DNA of 63,859 bases, filler included, from Parasitella parasitica NRRL 2501 (taxonomy: Eukaryota > Fungi > Mucoromycota), in NCBI GenBank assembly GCA_025201805.1. It is 6 parts of 6 records of this genome, joined end to end, with 100 filler letters (N's around TTAATTAATTAA, not from the genome) between each part and the next. Parts side by side here need not be neighbours in the genome. Positions count along the whole stretch, not along the records: positions 33,215 to 63,859 come from MU619437.1; 5 more parts are not named here. The stretch is one strand, 5' to 3'. Each line of letters opens with the position of its first letter. Positions within the stretch are counted from its first letter, which is position 1. Both the position numbers and the translations under genes were made by a program. Positions 35,691 to 48,859 of this stretch are shown piece by piece. The notes under the pieces are model-generated. The model searched no databases. It saw nothing but the letters and a program-made list of their open reading frames with translations, and was not told where the DNA came from.

Positions 35691-36827
35691 AAATATCCTT
35701 ATATTTAAGAAGTCAGAGCTACATATTCTATTTTAAAAGTTCGTTCAAATCACTATTATTTATTAAAAATTATTAGTACATGTTAGGAAATCAAATTAAT
35801 CAATTCTACATATATATAGTTTTTTTTACATAATACAGTTCATTTTATTCACCTGTTAATAATGTAGCTTTCAAACAATTATTAAACTTATGTAGTATGA
35901 TAATGGCAAAGTTTCCGATGACCACTAAAGAAGACGCTGTTGTATATGTACTTCTTTGGCTCTACTAGGAAATGTCTCGTTTTCTAAAAGCTGTCATATC
36001 AACAGGCCAAATTACACGATCTGGTTGATTTCAGGAAAGTAAAAATGAGATGTATACGGCTATAATCAAAGCTAATAATATAGTATAACGTTCGATATCC
36101 CTTGGAGTATGGATTAGATTATTACCTATTATATTCCAATGATCTTTAAAGCCATGATCACCCAAGATACACACAGTAGTCTTGACAAGCTATTATAGAT
36201 TTATTACTGTAACTCTAAAACCGTTAACAGCCAATACATTATCACCTAGCTTTTGCTTATTGTTGATCGATGTGTTCGAATAGTTACAATTCCAAATTAT
36301 AGACATTACTCTTATTTCAAAAGGACAAAATTTCTAGATATCTCTTGGCTTATTGACATTTATTTTTTGGTTATGGACATTCACTTTTCTTAAGTGGAAA
36401 AATTTACTGAGAACACTGTAATTGAAAGCGCCAAGTTTATTTCAAACATGCGAGTGCGCGGCGAAATAGAAATTCACAAAAAAAGGATCTGTATGCAAAC
36501 CTTCTTTAGGTAAACCCTGGCAGCAGAAAACCTAATCTTATGAAACCAAACCACCTCTTTTGTTCAAGAAGACAATATAATATGAGTAAAATGCATACAA
36601 TATATATCAGATTGTAGAATGATATTACGCAAGTTGAGCGAAATGAATCCTGTATGTAAAATCACGGCATTTTAGCTACTATTCTCCCCAAAATATGAGA
36701 TTGAAAGGTTTTACATTGCGTAAAGGCGATTCAGATATCACTGATATATATACATATATATATAAAAGAAGAACAAGTTTTTTATTTCCTTCTTTTTCGA
36801 TGTCAAATCAAAATTTAACCGTATAAT

Positions 36828-37919
36828 ATGGCCGTTGCATCGCTAGTAGTATCAAAAAAAGACCATTTTGGCACAACTTCGATTGAGGGAATTGCATCAG
36901 ATATCAGCACAGATACTTTGATAGCAAAGAAATCGCTAACCTATACCCTACCGACTATTTACTCTGCAATTACTACTACAGCAGAAAAACATGTTACTCA
37001 GACAGAGGATCCTGGAAAGTATCATATCACACTGTTTACACCTATAGCGACCTCGTCAACTACTGGTACAACCACAAAAACTATTGATCCCAATGCATTA
37101 ATTCCTGCGGAATATTCTGTCCTTGTTTCAAGAGCACCTAATGAAGTTACCAGAAGTACAAAATCATGGCTTCCCGCTACAACATCTACCTCAACATCGT
37201 TCTCTAATACACCTTCCTCTGTACCTATCAAAACCTATTCAGGGCTAGATAAGGGAAAACTAATAGGCGTCATTATTGGGAGTATAGCTTGTGGCCTCAT
37301 CGCTTTTTATATGTTCTACGTGATTTGTTGGGGAAGACAAAAAGCCTTACGTAAAACAAGAAAAGAGAAGCAATTGCGAAAATTGGAGACGAAGAATTCT
37401 CGGACCAATACCATTAACCTTGACTACGACAGCGAAGACGAGAAACAGTGCATATATCACGATGATAACCAAATTGTTAGCTTGCCTCGGTCTCAACCAC
37501 AATATGATCCAGATCGTGTCTATTATCCAACCTCTCGCTGTGATCCCAAGGAAGATTTTAGAGCTTATTACAGAAGAGTCCTCAACAGCACCAGCAACGC
37601 CAACTCTTTATTAGAAAACTCAAATACATTTTTGAATGCTCGTGCCAATTTGCAGCCTTTTTATGGTGGGTTCAATCCTTATTATGGACCAACGTTGCAT
37701 CAACAATCTCCTGCACTGTTCTATCATAAGAGGAATTGCCCTGAAAACAATTCGCCATTTTATCCTCCTCAGCAATCCTTCTCTTTGCCAATGAATGGTA
37801 TGGGAACATTGCCAAATATAGTTCGAAATAATCATTCCAATCCTGAAGTCTGCAAGAAAGATTCTCGTTCAGACAGTAATAATTCAGGCTTCGTCTCCAG
37901 TAGTAATCTAGACCGCTGA
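36828..37919 (+). CDS. Ser/Thr-rich single-pass membrane protein (Mid2/Wsc-like architecture)
   Basis: S/T-rich N-terminal half, TM segment LIGVIIGSIACGLIAFYMFYVICW, basic juxtamembrane stretch; upstream TATATAAAA. Confidence 0.7.
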   Translation: MAVASLVVSKKDHFGTTSIEGIASDISTDTLIAKKSLTYTLPTIYSAITTTAEKHVTQTEDPGKYHITLFTPIATSSTTGTTTKTIDPNALIPAEYSVLVSRAPNEVTRSTKSWLPATTSTSTSFSNTPSSVPIKTYSGLDKGKLIGVIIGSIACGLIAFYMFYVICWGRQKALRKTRKEKQLRKLETKNSRTNTINLDYDSEDEKQCIYHDDNQIVSLPRSQPQYDPDRVYYPTSRCDPKEDFRAYYRRVLNSTSNANSLLENSNTFLNARANLQPFYGGFNPYYGPTLHQQSPALFYHKRNCPENNSPFYPPQQSFSLPMNGMGTLPNIVRNNHSNPEVCKKDSRSDSNNSGFVSSSNLDR

Positions 37920-38393
37920 GAAAATGTTACTTTGCCTGTTTTGATGATTTTGGAAACCGTTCTGGATACAGTCGAGAAGATGCCCCCAGCATAATTGACG
38001 CAGCAGCTTCAACGATAGAATCTACAACTTTCGCTGGAACATATCAAAATTTGGCTCAAAAATCAGCAAAGTATTCAACTTCTTTTTCATGAGATCAGAC
38101 AATAGCTGGGATATTTCCGTTGCTTTCACTCTTCATACACATTTTATTCACTTTCGCTAATACACACATCTCTATTTAAAATATACGTAAGTAATAAATG
38201 TTTCAAATTACTTAACATATCTTTTGATTACAATTTCAGCCATGATAAGACTCTCTGCGGTCGGGCCCATACCGGTATGCTCATCAATGTATTATAAGCG
38301 CTAATTTTCTTTGTTGAGAAGCATCATACGAGTTAAAAAAAAAAGAAAAAAAAAGAAGAGGAATTAGCTTTATTAAATACAACATCAAGTATC

Positions 38394-41300
38394 TTAAGTG
38401 GATATAGCTGATACATCGTCATCTCCATCTTCAGCGATTTCCTCTAAAAATGGATGTTTCAACAGCTCATCTGCTGAAGGTCTCTCCTCGTGGTTTCTAT
38501 TTCAGAAGAAGTAATTAGTTTACCGAGTATTCAATGCATGGTTGATACATTACACTAGAAAAGTACGCCCTAAAAAGTTTTGGGCGTCTTCACTCAGATT
38601 GGAAGGGATATTTGGTGCAGTATAACATCCAATCTGTCGATTCAAAAATTTAATCAGCTTGCATTATCAAACCACCTAGTGAAAATTTACCTGAAATATA
38701 GCTTGCATCTGTGAGTATTCTGGAAAGGGGTGATCTCCGGTAAGCATCTCCACCACCATACATCCCAAAGACCAAATATCCGCCTTTCTTGTATAGTGCG
38801 TCTGTTTTACCACCTCAGGCGCCATCCAATAAATAGATCCCTGCAAGCTTGGCCGATGAGCAGCAGAAGTACTTTGTCCTTGCAACATGATATCTTCCTC
38901 TATTTTCTTGGAAATGCCAAAATCTGTGATTTTGACGCCTCCTTTATTATCAACCAACACATTAGCGCCCTTTATGTCTCGATGCACGATATCTTTGTTG
39001 TGCAAATAGTTTAATCCCTTCAGTATTTGGCGAACAAAGCTCTTGACTAGTGGCTCTTGGAATGCACCATAACTTGAAAGTAGACCAGCTACGGAACCGC
39101 CTGGTACATACTCCAAAAAGATGCTAAAATAGGAATCATCCTCTTTGGAGCCCAAATATTGCACGATATTGTCGTGCTCTAATTCACGCAAAAGCTCAAT
39201 TTCCCTATGAAGAGCCTTGACCATTGACTTTTTTCGTTCTTCCGTAGCAGAGTTCTCAACAGGTAGTTCAACCTGCTTGACCGCCATCAATTCACCACTG
39301 ATCGGATTAAGACCCAAATACACATCGCCAAAGGTACCCCGACCAATTAGCGATCCTTTCATCCAGTTTTCGGGTAACAATTTTGATTTGGTCGCGGAGG
39401 TAGGTGTCGTTACAATTTCTTTGATGGCAGGAATAGCTTTTTTTTTTTTTTTTTTTTTTTTTTNNNNNNNNNNTTTTCAAGGAGGCGTGAGCAAAACAAA
39501 CTTGCAAGTACTAGAAATGCTATGGAACTTACTGCTTTCATCTAGCTTGAGAGACTTTAGCTCATTTAGATAATTTAGACTCGAACTTCTCTTTTGATTT
39601 GCTTTCTGCTGCTGCTCTAAAACATCTTTGATAGCACTTTTTTGAGGAGAGGCTGTTGGATGCACACTCAATTCTTCAGTTTGAGGCTGAGGGGTATCGT
39701 TTTGTAGACTTTTTGTTTCTGCTGTTGATTCTTCATGGTCACTTGATATACAGCTTCCACTACTACTATTGCTGCTACTACTACTACTACTACTGGTGAT
39801 AATTTCTTCCTCGTTTTCCTCTTCTAAAAATTTGTCCAAATCTACACCCAGGACGGACACTAATTCAGGCAGAACACTATTTCGATAATTCCGAGGCTCT
39901 AATCGACTTAGCGCAGAATTCCGGCGAGTCATTGACAATCTTTGAGCTTTGATGCCAGCTGTTTCCAATACTTCGCGGTTGTGGTTGGGAAAAAATGATT
40001 GAAGATTAGACGAAATGATTTCAGAGGGTGGACGTTCTCCAAAAAAACGTCTGCGCCCTTGTCCCCGAGTACTGCCACTGTGGCTGCTAGTTGTATTTGA
40101 CCTTAATGATCCTACTTGGCTCGCACGATTTGAGTAGTATTCGGGACGGTTCAAGGTACTGGAACTAGTATTCCAATTGTTCTGCAAAGGCGATTGCGGC
40201 TTTTCGTCGTCTTTTCGAAATCCTCGTCGATTTGCATTGATTGTTCCTTTGCGCTTGAACTCTTCGTGTGTAGGGTACATGTGCCTCTTTCGTAAAATCA
40301 GCCTTTCTTTTTCAGGCCTATCTGCTGATCGACATATCTGAACCAGTTCCAAGTCTGACAAGGTACGCGCTTCGCCGTGTGTACTGGAGCCAACAAAGAT
40401 ACAATAGCTGTCTGCATTGCTTTCATCTATGCCAAATTTGTGTAGAACCTTGCCCATTATTTGCTTTGCTTCGTTGGCTGTATGCACATTGACAATACGC
40501 GTTTGTCCATCCTCGCCAAATACTTTTACACATGTTTGTTTTACTTTTTCCATCGACATAATACCTCCTTCTAATGAGTTTCGCTAATTGAACAACATAA
40601 ATAACCAAGATGAGGCTCCCCCCCTTCCTGATGATCTTACCTTTTGTAATGCTCTGGGACTAGGTGGAGCTTGTGAGTAAACATCTGAACTCGACTGTGG
40701 ACTTTGTAACGAATTCTGTTGAAGTTGCGGGAGATTCGAGATATTGGCATTGCTATTGTTATGAGCTCTTTGGGATCTTTTTGAGTCTGATCTTCCTAGG
40801 AATCTGGAAAACGAATTGGATCTATTTAGCAAGCTTTTTGCGCTTGTTTCTGTTGATTTAGACATCTTTGAGCTGGTGGTAGTCGGCGTCGATGCAAAGT
40901 TCTCAGGGATAACAAGCCCTTCCAGCTTGAAATCAATGTTACCAAAATTGTGTCTCTCTAAAGGTGTGTGCATCTAGAACAGAGTGTGAGATTTCCATGT
41001 CGTATTCAGTTATAATGTTGCTTTTTTTATTACTTTAGTAGGTGTCCTTGCTGCTAGAGAGGCGGCCAAGTAGCATTCTTGTCGTAGTGCCTTGATAGCA
41101 GCGGCAAGACGAACTCTTTCGCCAACGGTTTTTACATCCATCGCTTTGATTGCTTCATAGTCCAAGTCGAGTAGGACTGAGCCCGAGATTCTATGATCTT
41201 TAAAAAAGCTATTACATAAGTACGGCGTCTATCTTCAGACATGCAATGAAAACTGTACCTGTGAACTTTTGGCTGAAGTGTCCCAGGGCTTGGTTTGCAA

Positions 41301-41448
41301 GCCAATCTGCTACTTTCTGTTCAGACCAATTCTTGACATCATCCAATAAAGTTCTTTTGTACTGGTGCTCAGAGTAGGAAGGCGAGGTTGGAGAAGGTTG
41401 TCTTAATTGTCTTGCGGATGGAGAGGAGGGAGGTAGAGGTACAGACAT
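38394..41448 (-). CDS. STE11: Ste11/Byr2-type MAPKKK (SAM, Ras-association and kinase domains)
   Basis: SAM ([10 protein letters not shown]...VGERVRL), RA-like [15 protein letters not shown], kinase [29 protein letters not shown]. Confidence 0.9.
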
Positions 41449-41542
41449 GTTTTTTCTTGTGCACAAAAGAGAAGAGAAAAGGAAACAGTTGAAAACGGGT
41501 TTTTAAATAAAATTTTATTTCATTGTAGCACAACATGAACGA

Positions 41543-43432
41543 TTATCTATTTGACGACGACGACGACAGATTCATGAAATCCTCGCCTACTTTACTGATT
41601 TGGCTCAAAAACGACCCGGAGTTGTGGACATTATTGCCGCCCAAAACTATGCGGACTCCAGGCGTTGCAGCGTTTAGCTGTGCAATGTATTTGGCTTCCT
41701 CAAATGTTGTACCGCCGCAGATAAACACGATGATGTCTTGTGGCCTTTCACGCAACATGGAATTATCATTGGATACAAAGGGGTAGTCTGTGTCTTTGAG
41801 ACGAGCCTTGACAAGTAAATCGAGTGTCTCGCCAAGGTGAGGTGTGTGCTGCGTGTAGACATTCTCTACACCTTTCAGCCCCTTCAATGCGCTTTTACCT
41901 CGGGACAGAAATGATTGATTGGAGAAGAGATCGTCCTGTCTTTGTTGGTAGCCTGCGTAAAGCAATAAAGAAGGCACAAGCGCACTCTTTTTTTCGCTGA
42001 CGCCCGATCGATCCAGCATGTCAACAAGAGCTTTCACAGAATTGTTGGCCATTCTTTCGTATCTCAGGGCGTATAGCAGGACTAGGCGAACTTTGGAGTC
42101 TTGGTCGATTTGAGGGCTTTCTATTAAACGCTGGATAGTCTTGAGATTGCTGCTGTGGTTTTCGTTGCAGGCAAGCCCTTGCTCTAGTTCGCTGATCTCC
42201 AAAAGATGATCTTGTGCAACTCGTCTACTCAATTCGCTCACAAGCGCAACGTGTTTGGACACATTGCCAGACAGCTTTCTAAATTCAGGATATTCTTCTA
42301 CAAACCGCTTCATGTCAGCAATGGATTCAATGTTCATGTTGGATTTGGTCTTTGACTGATATTCGTCCACGTACTGTTTGATAGTAGCACCCAAGTCGCC
42401 CAGATTCAGGTACATGGACTTTTTGAAAAATGGGTCTTGGTCAGGGGACAAAACGATTTCCTTATCATACAACAAAACATGAGTCAAACGCCTCCAGGGC
42501 AGCACCAAGAAACCTTACCTTTAACTCGTTCTTTACTTCAGGCACATTTGTCATGTCAACTCTGCCGTGATGAATGCCAATGAGCTCATGAACCATAGCC
42601 TGATAAGTCCATTGTGTTAATAAAGGCGTAACCGGGTCATTTCTTCTGTCCAAAATCAACAAAATGGGTGGTGTATCAGGTCGTCTGAAATCAAACAGCT
42701 GCCCTTCAGACGTAATCGTATTCTGCACTTCCGTAGCCAGCTTTTTGGCCATTGCTGATTTTCCTTCGTAACGGATCACAGGCTTTTTCTTGAGGCTCAA
42801 TAAAACGGCACACACTCCTTTCACAGATTGTTCAAATGTATCAGCTTCCCAACTGTTGAAGCTGTTGCCAAAGAAATGGCGAGGGTCTTGGCCCAGAGAA
42901 AACAAGTCGGGGTTGATGGCCAAGTAATCTCCATAGTATTCTTGCACTTCTCGAATGACTTCATGTTCGTCGACTTCTGCAAGCTGTTCAATATCAGATT
43001 TTCGAATGATGCTGCTAAAATCTACATTTGTTATCAGCAGTCGTTGTTTGATATATGGCGCTTTTAAAAGACTTACACAAGTAATAGTCGCCGTAGGATG
43101 GCTCCCTGAGTTCAGCAATTAGATATTGGAGAGTTTCGCGCGTGGGTCTCAAGAAACAAATGCACTTTAAATGCTTCATTTTATCTCGGTTTCGGTTATC
43201 AATTCTATCAATCAAGTAACATTCTTTTGTCAGTAGCGTTGACTGCGTTGTTACTAAGGATATAATGGATGTCTAGATTTGTTTGTGAGTATCTCGCTTA
43301 CGAAAAACGCAAATAAGTAAATAAATAAATAAAAAGACTTACTGTATCTGTATCGAGTAATAAAGCCTTCATACCAGGCACGTCGTTGATCATTTTTTCT
43401 GCATAATGCTGAACTGCTTTTATAACATCCAT
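41543..43432 (-). CDS. VPS45: Sec1/Munc18-family protein Vps45, multi-exon
   Basis: MKALLLD, HLKCICFLRPT, DPVTPLLTQWTYQAMVHEL, VENVYTQHTP, GGTTFEEA. Confidence 0.93.
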
Positions 43433-44765
43433 TTTATTATAATGTCTATAAAAGATGAAAAATGCAAAATGCAAAATGCAAAAAATCTCAATCACTTGCG
43501 AAGGGCACAAAATGAGTTTCAAACATAAAGCATCATATTTAACACAAATGAAGAGTCAAACAATTGGCTTTGATGAACTTTGGTATTCTTGAGAATGATT
43601 TTACTAGCAAAGGTTAATCTCGCAAAGCTTTCTCGCAAACAAATAAGAGAGTAAGTCTACGACTAGCATGGTTAAGCTTTCAACAACTTTTGTAGTGCTA
43701 CTTCATTGATTTTGCGCTCCAAAAAATTTAAAGTAGGATGTCTATAACACCTCTTCGTGTTCATTTTTTGATAAGAATACAAACCAGAAGAAAGATGGCA
43801 TGAAAGACCCTGCCACTGCGGGATATCACAAACTCTAAGAATTGCTGTAAAATGCAGCTTTCTCCATGTAAATCTTACATATTGCAACACATAATATCCA
43901 AGATTGTAGAGACGAGTTGTTTTCATCGTATATACTTGAAAACTGCATGTAGGTTCTATTTGAAAAAACTATGTGTATTAGTCTAAAACAAGAAAACTTT
44001 TACTTGTGATCTAAGAAGACATTATGTTCTACAATAATTTTTGAAATAAAGCGATTCAATAGACATGTAATTTATACATGAATATTCTTTCGGAGAATTC
44101 AGTTTTTCTATGCTCAGCTGTACATGGTGTATGCTTCGAAATGTGTAAAACCACCAAATCATCTGAAGATTGAGAAACGTCGTCTGTGCAATTGAGAGCA
44201 CCAGAGTATTGCGCTTACACTGTTTTTGGTTAGCTTTTGAAGCAAATAACGACGTTCAAAGGTTCACAACACTTTAAAAAAAATGTAACGCATGAACGCT
44301 GCATGACAAAATGACTTGATCTAGAAACATGCAATTATGTGTATACCGTATCCAAAAATTAAAGACACAGTGAGCTGCTCATTTTTCCCATCATACATAG
44401 TGCTTCTAGTCCCATAAAACTTGGTAGCAAGGGCTTCGTTATTTGAACGGATGAGCCCAACCAGAAGCAGGTAAGAGTATCCAATTGACAGATTATGCAA
44501 ATAAAACCGCATATTACGACGGTAAATCAAAGCAAAAACAACACCTGTATATTAAAAAAAGAAAGGGCCCAGACTGTAAAAAGGTAATTCTCAATTTGAG
44601 TGGAACTCAATTGGAAAGTGTAATGTTGCACAGAGTATATCTGTTAATTTAGATTTTATAATATACCCTCCCTGTTCATTTGTAATATCTCTGCTTTCAC
44701 ACTAAAACTGGTTATTTTTATTAGTCTTTCTTTTCCCACCTTTTTTCTCTTTTTTCGACATAAAA

Positions 44766-46190
44766 ATGAAGGAATCATTGACATTCTCAAAAATATGGCG
44801 GTTGCTATTGAGTTTTTACTTGGCAGGATCACTATTTTATGCCACAATACATTTGCTCGGCTTCAGCTGGTTCCAAGAACCCCATTCACCTTCCAGCCCT
44901 CCCTTATTACCATCAACTGAACTTGGACCCGATCTATTGAGCGTCAATCAACTTCAGAAGAAATATCACTCGTTACAAACAGTGACATGGACAAATGCAG
45001 AAGGTACTGTATAGCAGCTTATTTTATAAGTGATGTGCCTGAATTTACCGATTTTTTATTTTTAAAATCACTCTACAAATAGGTGGTCAAAATCAATCAA
45101 TTTCCGAGGATTTGGTATTAAGTAAGGTGTTTTCGGATGCTATGGGGCCATCCAAAGTGATTCCGTACTATTTCAAAGCTACAGAATATTTTGATCAAGA
45201 GGATGTAACCATTTCCACCTTGGTTACACACAATCGATTTCCCGTCCTTAGCAGATTAGCAACCCGTTACAAAGGCCCTATTTCAGTCGCTATCCATGTC
45301 AATGACGATCATACAAAAGATGTCATTTTGCGAGATTTGCATACCATGTACAACGAGAACCCTGATATGGGCCGATACGTCGATATCCACTTGGTAGTGG
45401 ATAAATTTGACCGCCAATTCAACATGTGGAGAAACGTCGCCAAGTTTTTTGTTAGGACTGATTTCTTGATGATGCTTGATGTTGATTTCCATCTGTGCAC
45501 TGATTTTAGAGAGTCTTTGCGCAAAAATGAAGATTTAAGGGAGAAGCTTCGAAATGGCAAAGCTGCTATTGTTGTGCCTGCCTTTGAGTATATTTTAGAA
45601 GAGGATGGCGAGGATTGGAGATTGTTTCCAAAGGACAAGGAAGCATTGATGAATATTGTCCTGACTGAAAAAATCGACATGTTCCATCTGGGCTGGACTA
45701 GAGGCCATGGCTCCACAGATTACAAAAAGTGGTACAAATCATCAACCCACTATAAAGTTACCGATTACAACTATTCTTACGAACCTTACGTGATCTTCAA
45801 GAAGGAAGGTTCTCCCTGGTGCGATGAACGTTTTGTAGGATACGGTGCAAACAAGGCAGCATGCTTGTATGAGATTTATTTGGCTGGTATTGATTATTGG
45901 GTCCTTCCCAGCGATTTCTTGATTCATCAGACTCATCATTATCCTGAAGACACCAGGGCAAAAGAGGTATTCAGAGGCTTGAAATCTAGTGAAAGATGCA
46001 GTTATACTAAATCACCTTCTAGCGTAAATATAACAAAAAGCTGTATGATTATTTCAGAGAAGAAGTGTGTCTCCGTTATTCTCGCTTAATGATCTCTGCA
46101 GGCCTATGGGACACTGACGTTGCTGATAATTTAAAGAAGGAGTGTGCCAAAATCAAAGGCTTCCGCGAAATCGTCTCTCGTGTTCATTAG
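44766..46190 (+). CDS. GT49 (LARGE/B4GAT1-like) glycosyltransferase, type II membrane protein, two introns
   Basis: N-terminal TM anchor, MLDVDF DxD motif, YEPYVI, CDERFVGYGANKAAC. Confidence 0.88.
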
Positions 46191-46389
46191 TCTTCCTCCA
46201 TCAAATTATCATCCTCTGTTACATACTAATACTAGACGGTTGCGGTGCTCCCCTTGACCATGTACAAATGACAAAACAACATAATAATAATAAAAAATAA
46301 AAAAAAAACTAAATTTAATAGAAAAATACATATACATCCAAGGATTAAATCATCAATTCTTAACGACAAAATTTATTCCTGCTGCAATC

Positions 46390-46954
46390 TTAGTTTGTAC
46401 GCAGACGATCCTCGATCTCTTTGTTTTTCTTGGCTAAAGGAGATTTATGGTTAGTACGATCAATGTTAAGAATTCTCATATTTGAAGCATTTACATTTTG
46501 CAGCTTGAGTTGTTTCTTGAGTAGCGTTGTAATCTACAATGTTGGCTTGATTAAATGGATTTTCGGGTGACTTTTGGAAAGCCTTATAAACCAAATCCTT
46601 CAACTGGGTTAAACGCAATCCAGGATTCTCTTTCTTGAAGTTGGGTAGCTCGCGCTCCTCAAAAGCAGCCAAAGCAGCCTTGAAACGACGCTCGGGGTGT
46701 CTTTCAACATCCTTGCTTTTAACTCGGCTTTCATTGATAGATAAAAGATCAAGAGCATCATCAATATTCGACGCAGTGAACTCAGGAATAACACGTAGGG
46801 CTTGACCAGCAGCATCAATTTTGGCTGATTTTTGCGCAGCTTTTTTCTATGTTAGGTAGACCATCAGATGCGATTTTGTAATTTAATAATAATCGACTTA
46901 CATCGGCACCCTTTAACGTAGGCTTCTTGTTGAATTGCTTTTCTTCCTCTGCCT

Positions 46955-46995
<41 letters not shown>

Positions 46996-47309
46996 ACACA
47001 TCAGTTAGCAACCGGATGAAACACTCTTATTCAATACATATTTACCAAGAGTTTAGCAGCTTCAGCCTTCTTAGCAGCAGCAGCCGCCTATCAAATAAAA
47101 TCAGTCATTGATTCAACATTTGCCCGTTTACTGTCTACCTTTTTGTTTTCAAGGTCTTTCATCCTGCTGTCATCTTTGGCGCCTCGAGCCCATTTTTCAG
47201 CTGTGGCAGCTTCTAAAGCAGCCTTTTCCTTCTTATCCTTTTCAGACTTATTAGCAGCCTTTTTGGCATTGCCAGCCTCAGCTTTACCGTTAGGTCCTTT
47301 CTTTGGCAT
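46390..47309 (-). CDS. CCDC124/Lso2-family protein (DUF1014), multi-exon
   Basis: MPKK start, K/A-rich coiled coil, HPERRFKAA...ENPGLRLTQ...KSPENPFNQ. Confidence 0.88.
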
Positions 47310-47701
47310 TTTAGATTATTGAACAATGATGGAAACAAATAGAAGATCTGTTTCGGTCATCCAGGTTTTTGTGAGGCTTGTCGCCTATTTAAAACCTCAT
47401 CCCAGCTTAGATATACGATATCAAGAGAAAAGAATAAAAGTCAAGTGCCAACACTATAATGAAGGTAAATTGGATTAATGAGAGAAATTCATTAACCTAG
47501 TCCCTTTATGCTAGTTTTGCATTTATAAAATGTATGGTATAAGGGATAGATAATAACACAATTTTTTTTTCACTCTCCAGAAGATTGATACCATGACCAT
47601 TTTTCTAGGCCAATTTTTACATAGCGGTGGGACCATGGAAGAATTGAATATACAAATTGCAAAATATAAAGTGATTAGTAAATGATTCAACACGCAAAGT
47701 A

Positions 47702-47993
47702 GACAATATAACAGGCAGATTCTACATAGACATCAAGTTTTTTTTCGATGCACAGAAGCACTATCTGTACATCTACTTAATACGCATTTATATAGTAATC
47801 AGACCAAGGAGAGCCATACGATCAAGTCGTAGAGGTACACTTGAGTATAACAGCTGGGGCGCTACTCTATCATATACAGACATGTTATATAGTCAAGCTA
47901 TTACGCATCTGCAGAGCAAGCGAGCAGAGGAGAGCCATACGATCAAACTGTAAAGGTACACTCATACGTGCTATGTAAGCCTGTTATATTGCC
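47702..47993. mobile_element. Possible MITE
   Basis: 13-bp perfect inverted repeat CAATATAACAGGC/GCCTGTTATATTG at the ends; internal degenerate direct repeat with period 121. No TSD found. Confidence 0.45.
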
Positions 47994-48859
47994 ATTCAAC
48001 TACTTACCAAAAGTTGATTGATGGTAAAATTAACGGAATGATCTTTGAAGAAGACATTTTTACATGTGAAGACTGGGAGAATATTATTTGTTTTAATGAA
48101 ACAAGTACTTGAATTAATTCTTTTTCTTTCCTCTCGATTTCTGTGCTGCATTGTGTCTTTCATTGCCAAAACTACAATGCAGATTAGACCATCGGAACAA
48201 CATAGGAGATGTAATTGTAGTTCTATTAGGTGAGTGCAGCTCTACCGGACCATACCTGGACACGGGCCTTGCCGAACATGGACCTTGGGCTTCACTTGAT
48301 TACAAGACATATTGAAGCATCCCATACCTTGCTACAAGGTAATTCGATTATATTGCTCAATTTCATCAACAGACACTTTATTATAGGTCTTTTTTTTTTA
48401 TCAGTTTCTCTGAAAAATACTGCATTACAAATTTTGGTAAATTTGCTTTCCCAGCAATTTGTGCCCAAGAAGAAATTCATCTTTCGACCAAAATCTTATA
48501 CTTTTGCATAAATATTGATCAAAAATGGCTAATAATCGTAATCTCTGGAGTAAAATGGAATACTTTCGACTAGCATACCACCCATATTTGCTCAATTTTT
48601 TTTTATTAGTTCCTCCGTGTAAATAATTGGCCAAGTCGTTACCAAGGCCCGGGTGTAATTGAGGGAGCTATAAATGTATTGTAAACTTGGGAGCATCTAG
48701 AGAACAGAGGGAAACAAGTGAGTTGCAATTGATTTGACTGATTACATCCCGCTAACTAATGGGGCAGAATGAAATATTAGTCGTACCTGGGCACGCTGTA
48801 TATTAACGAGTGCGACAAGAATGACCTTGGAAGGCAGTAGACACATAGCTTTACCTTGC

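Noticed and set aside
43672-43926. 84-aa ORF with faint helical similarity to Fanzor
   Set aside because: No catalytic or Cys motifs; similarity too weak.
47808-47962. CRISPR-like repeat-spacer near the Fanzor
   Set aside because: Only two degenerate copies, with similarity extending into the 'spacer'; eukaryotic context.
48735-48800. Hammerhead ribozyme or group I intron core
   Set aside because: CTGATTA does not fit CUGANGA, and the rest of a group I core could not be built.
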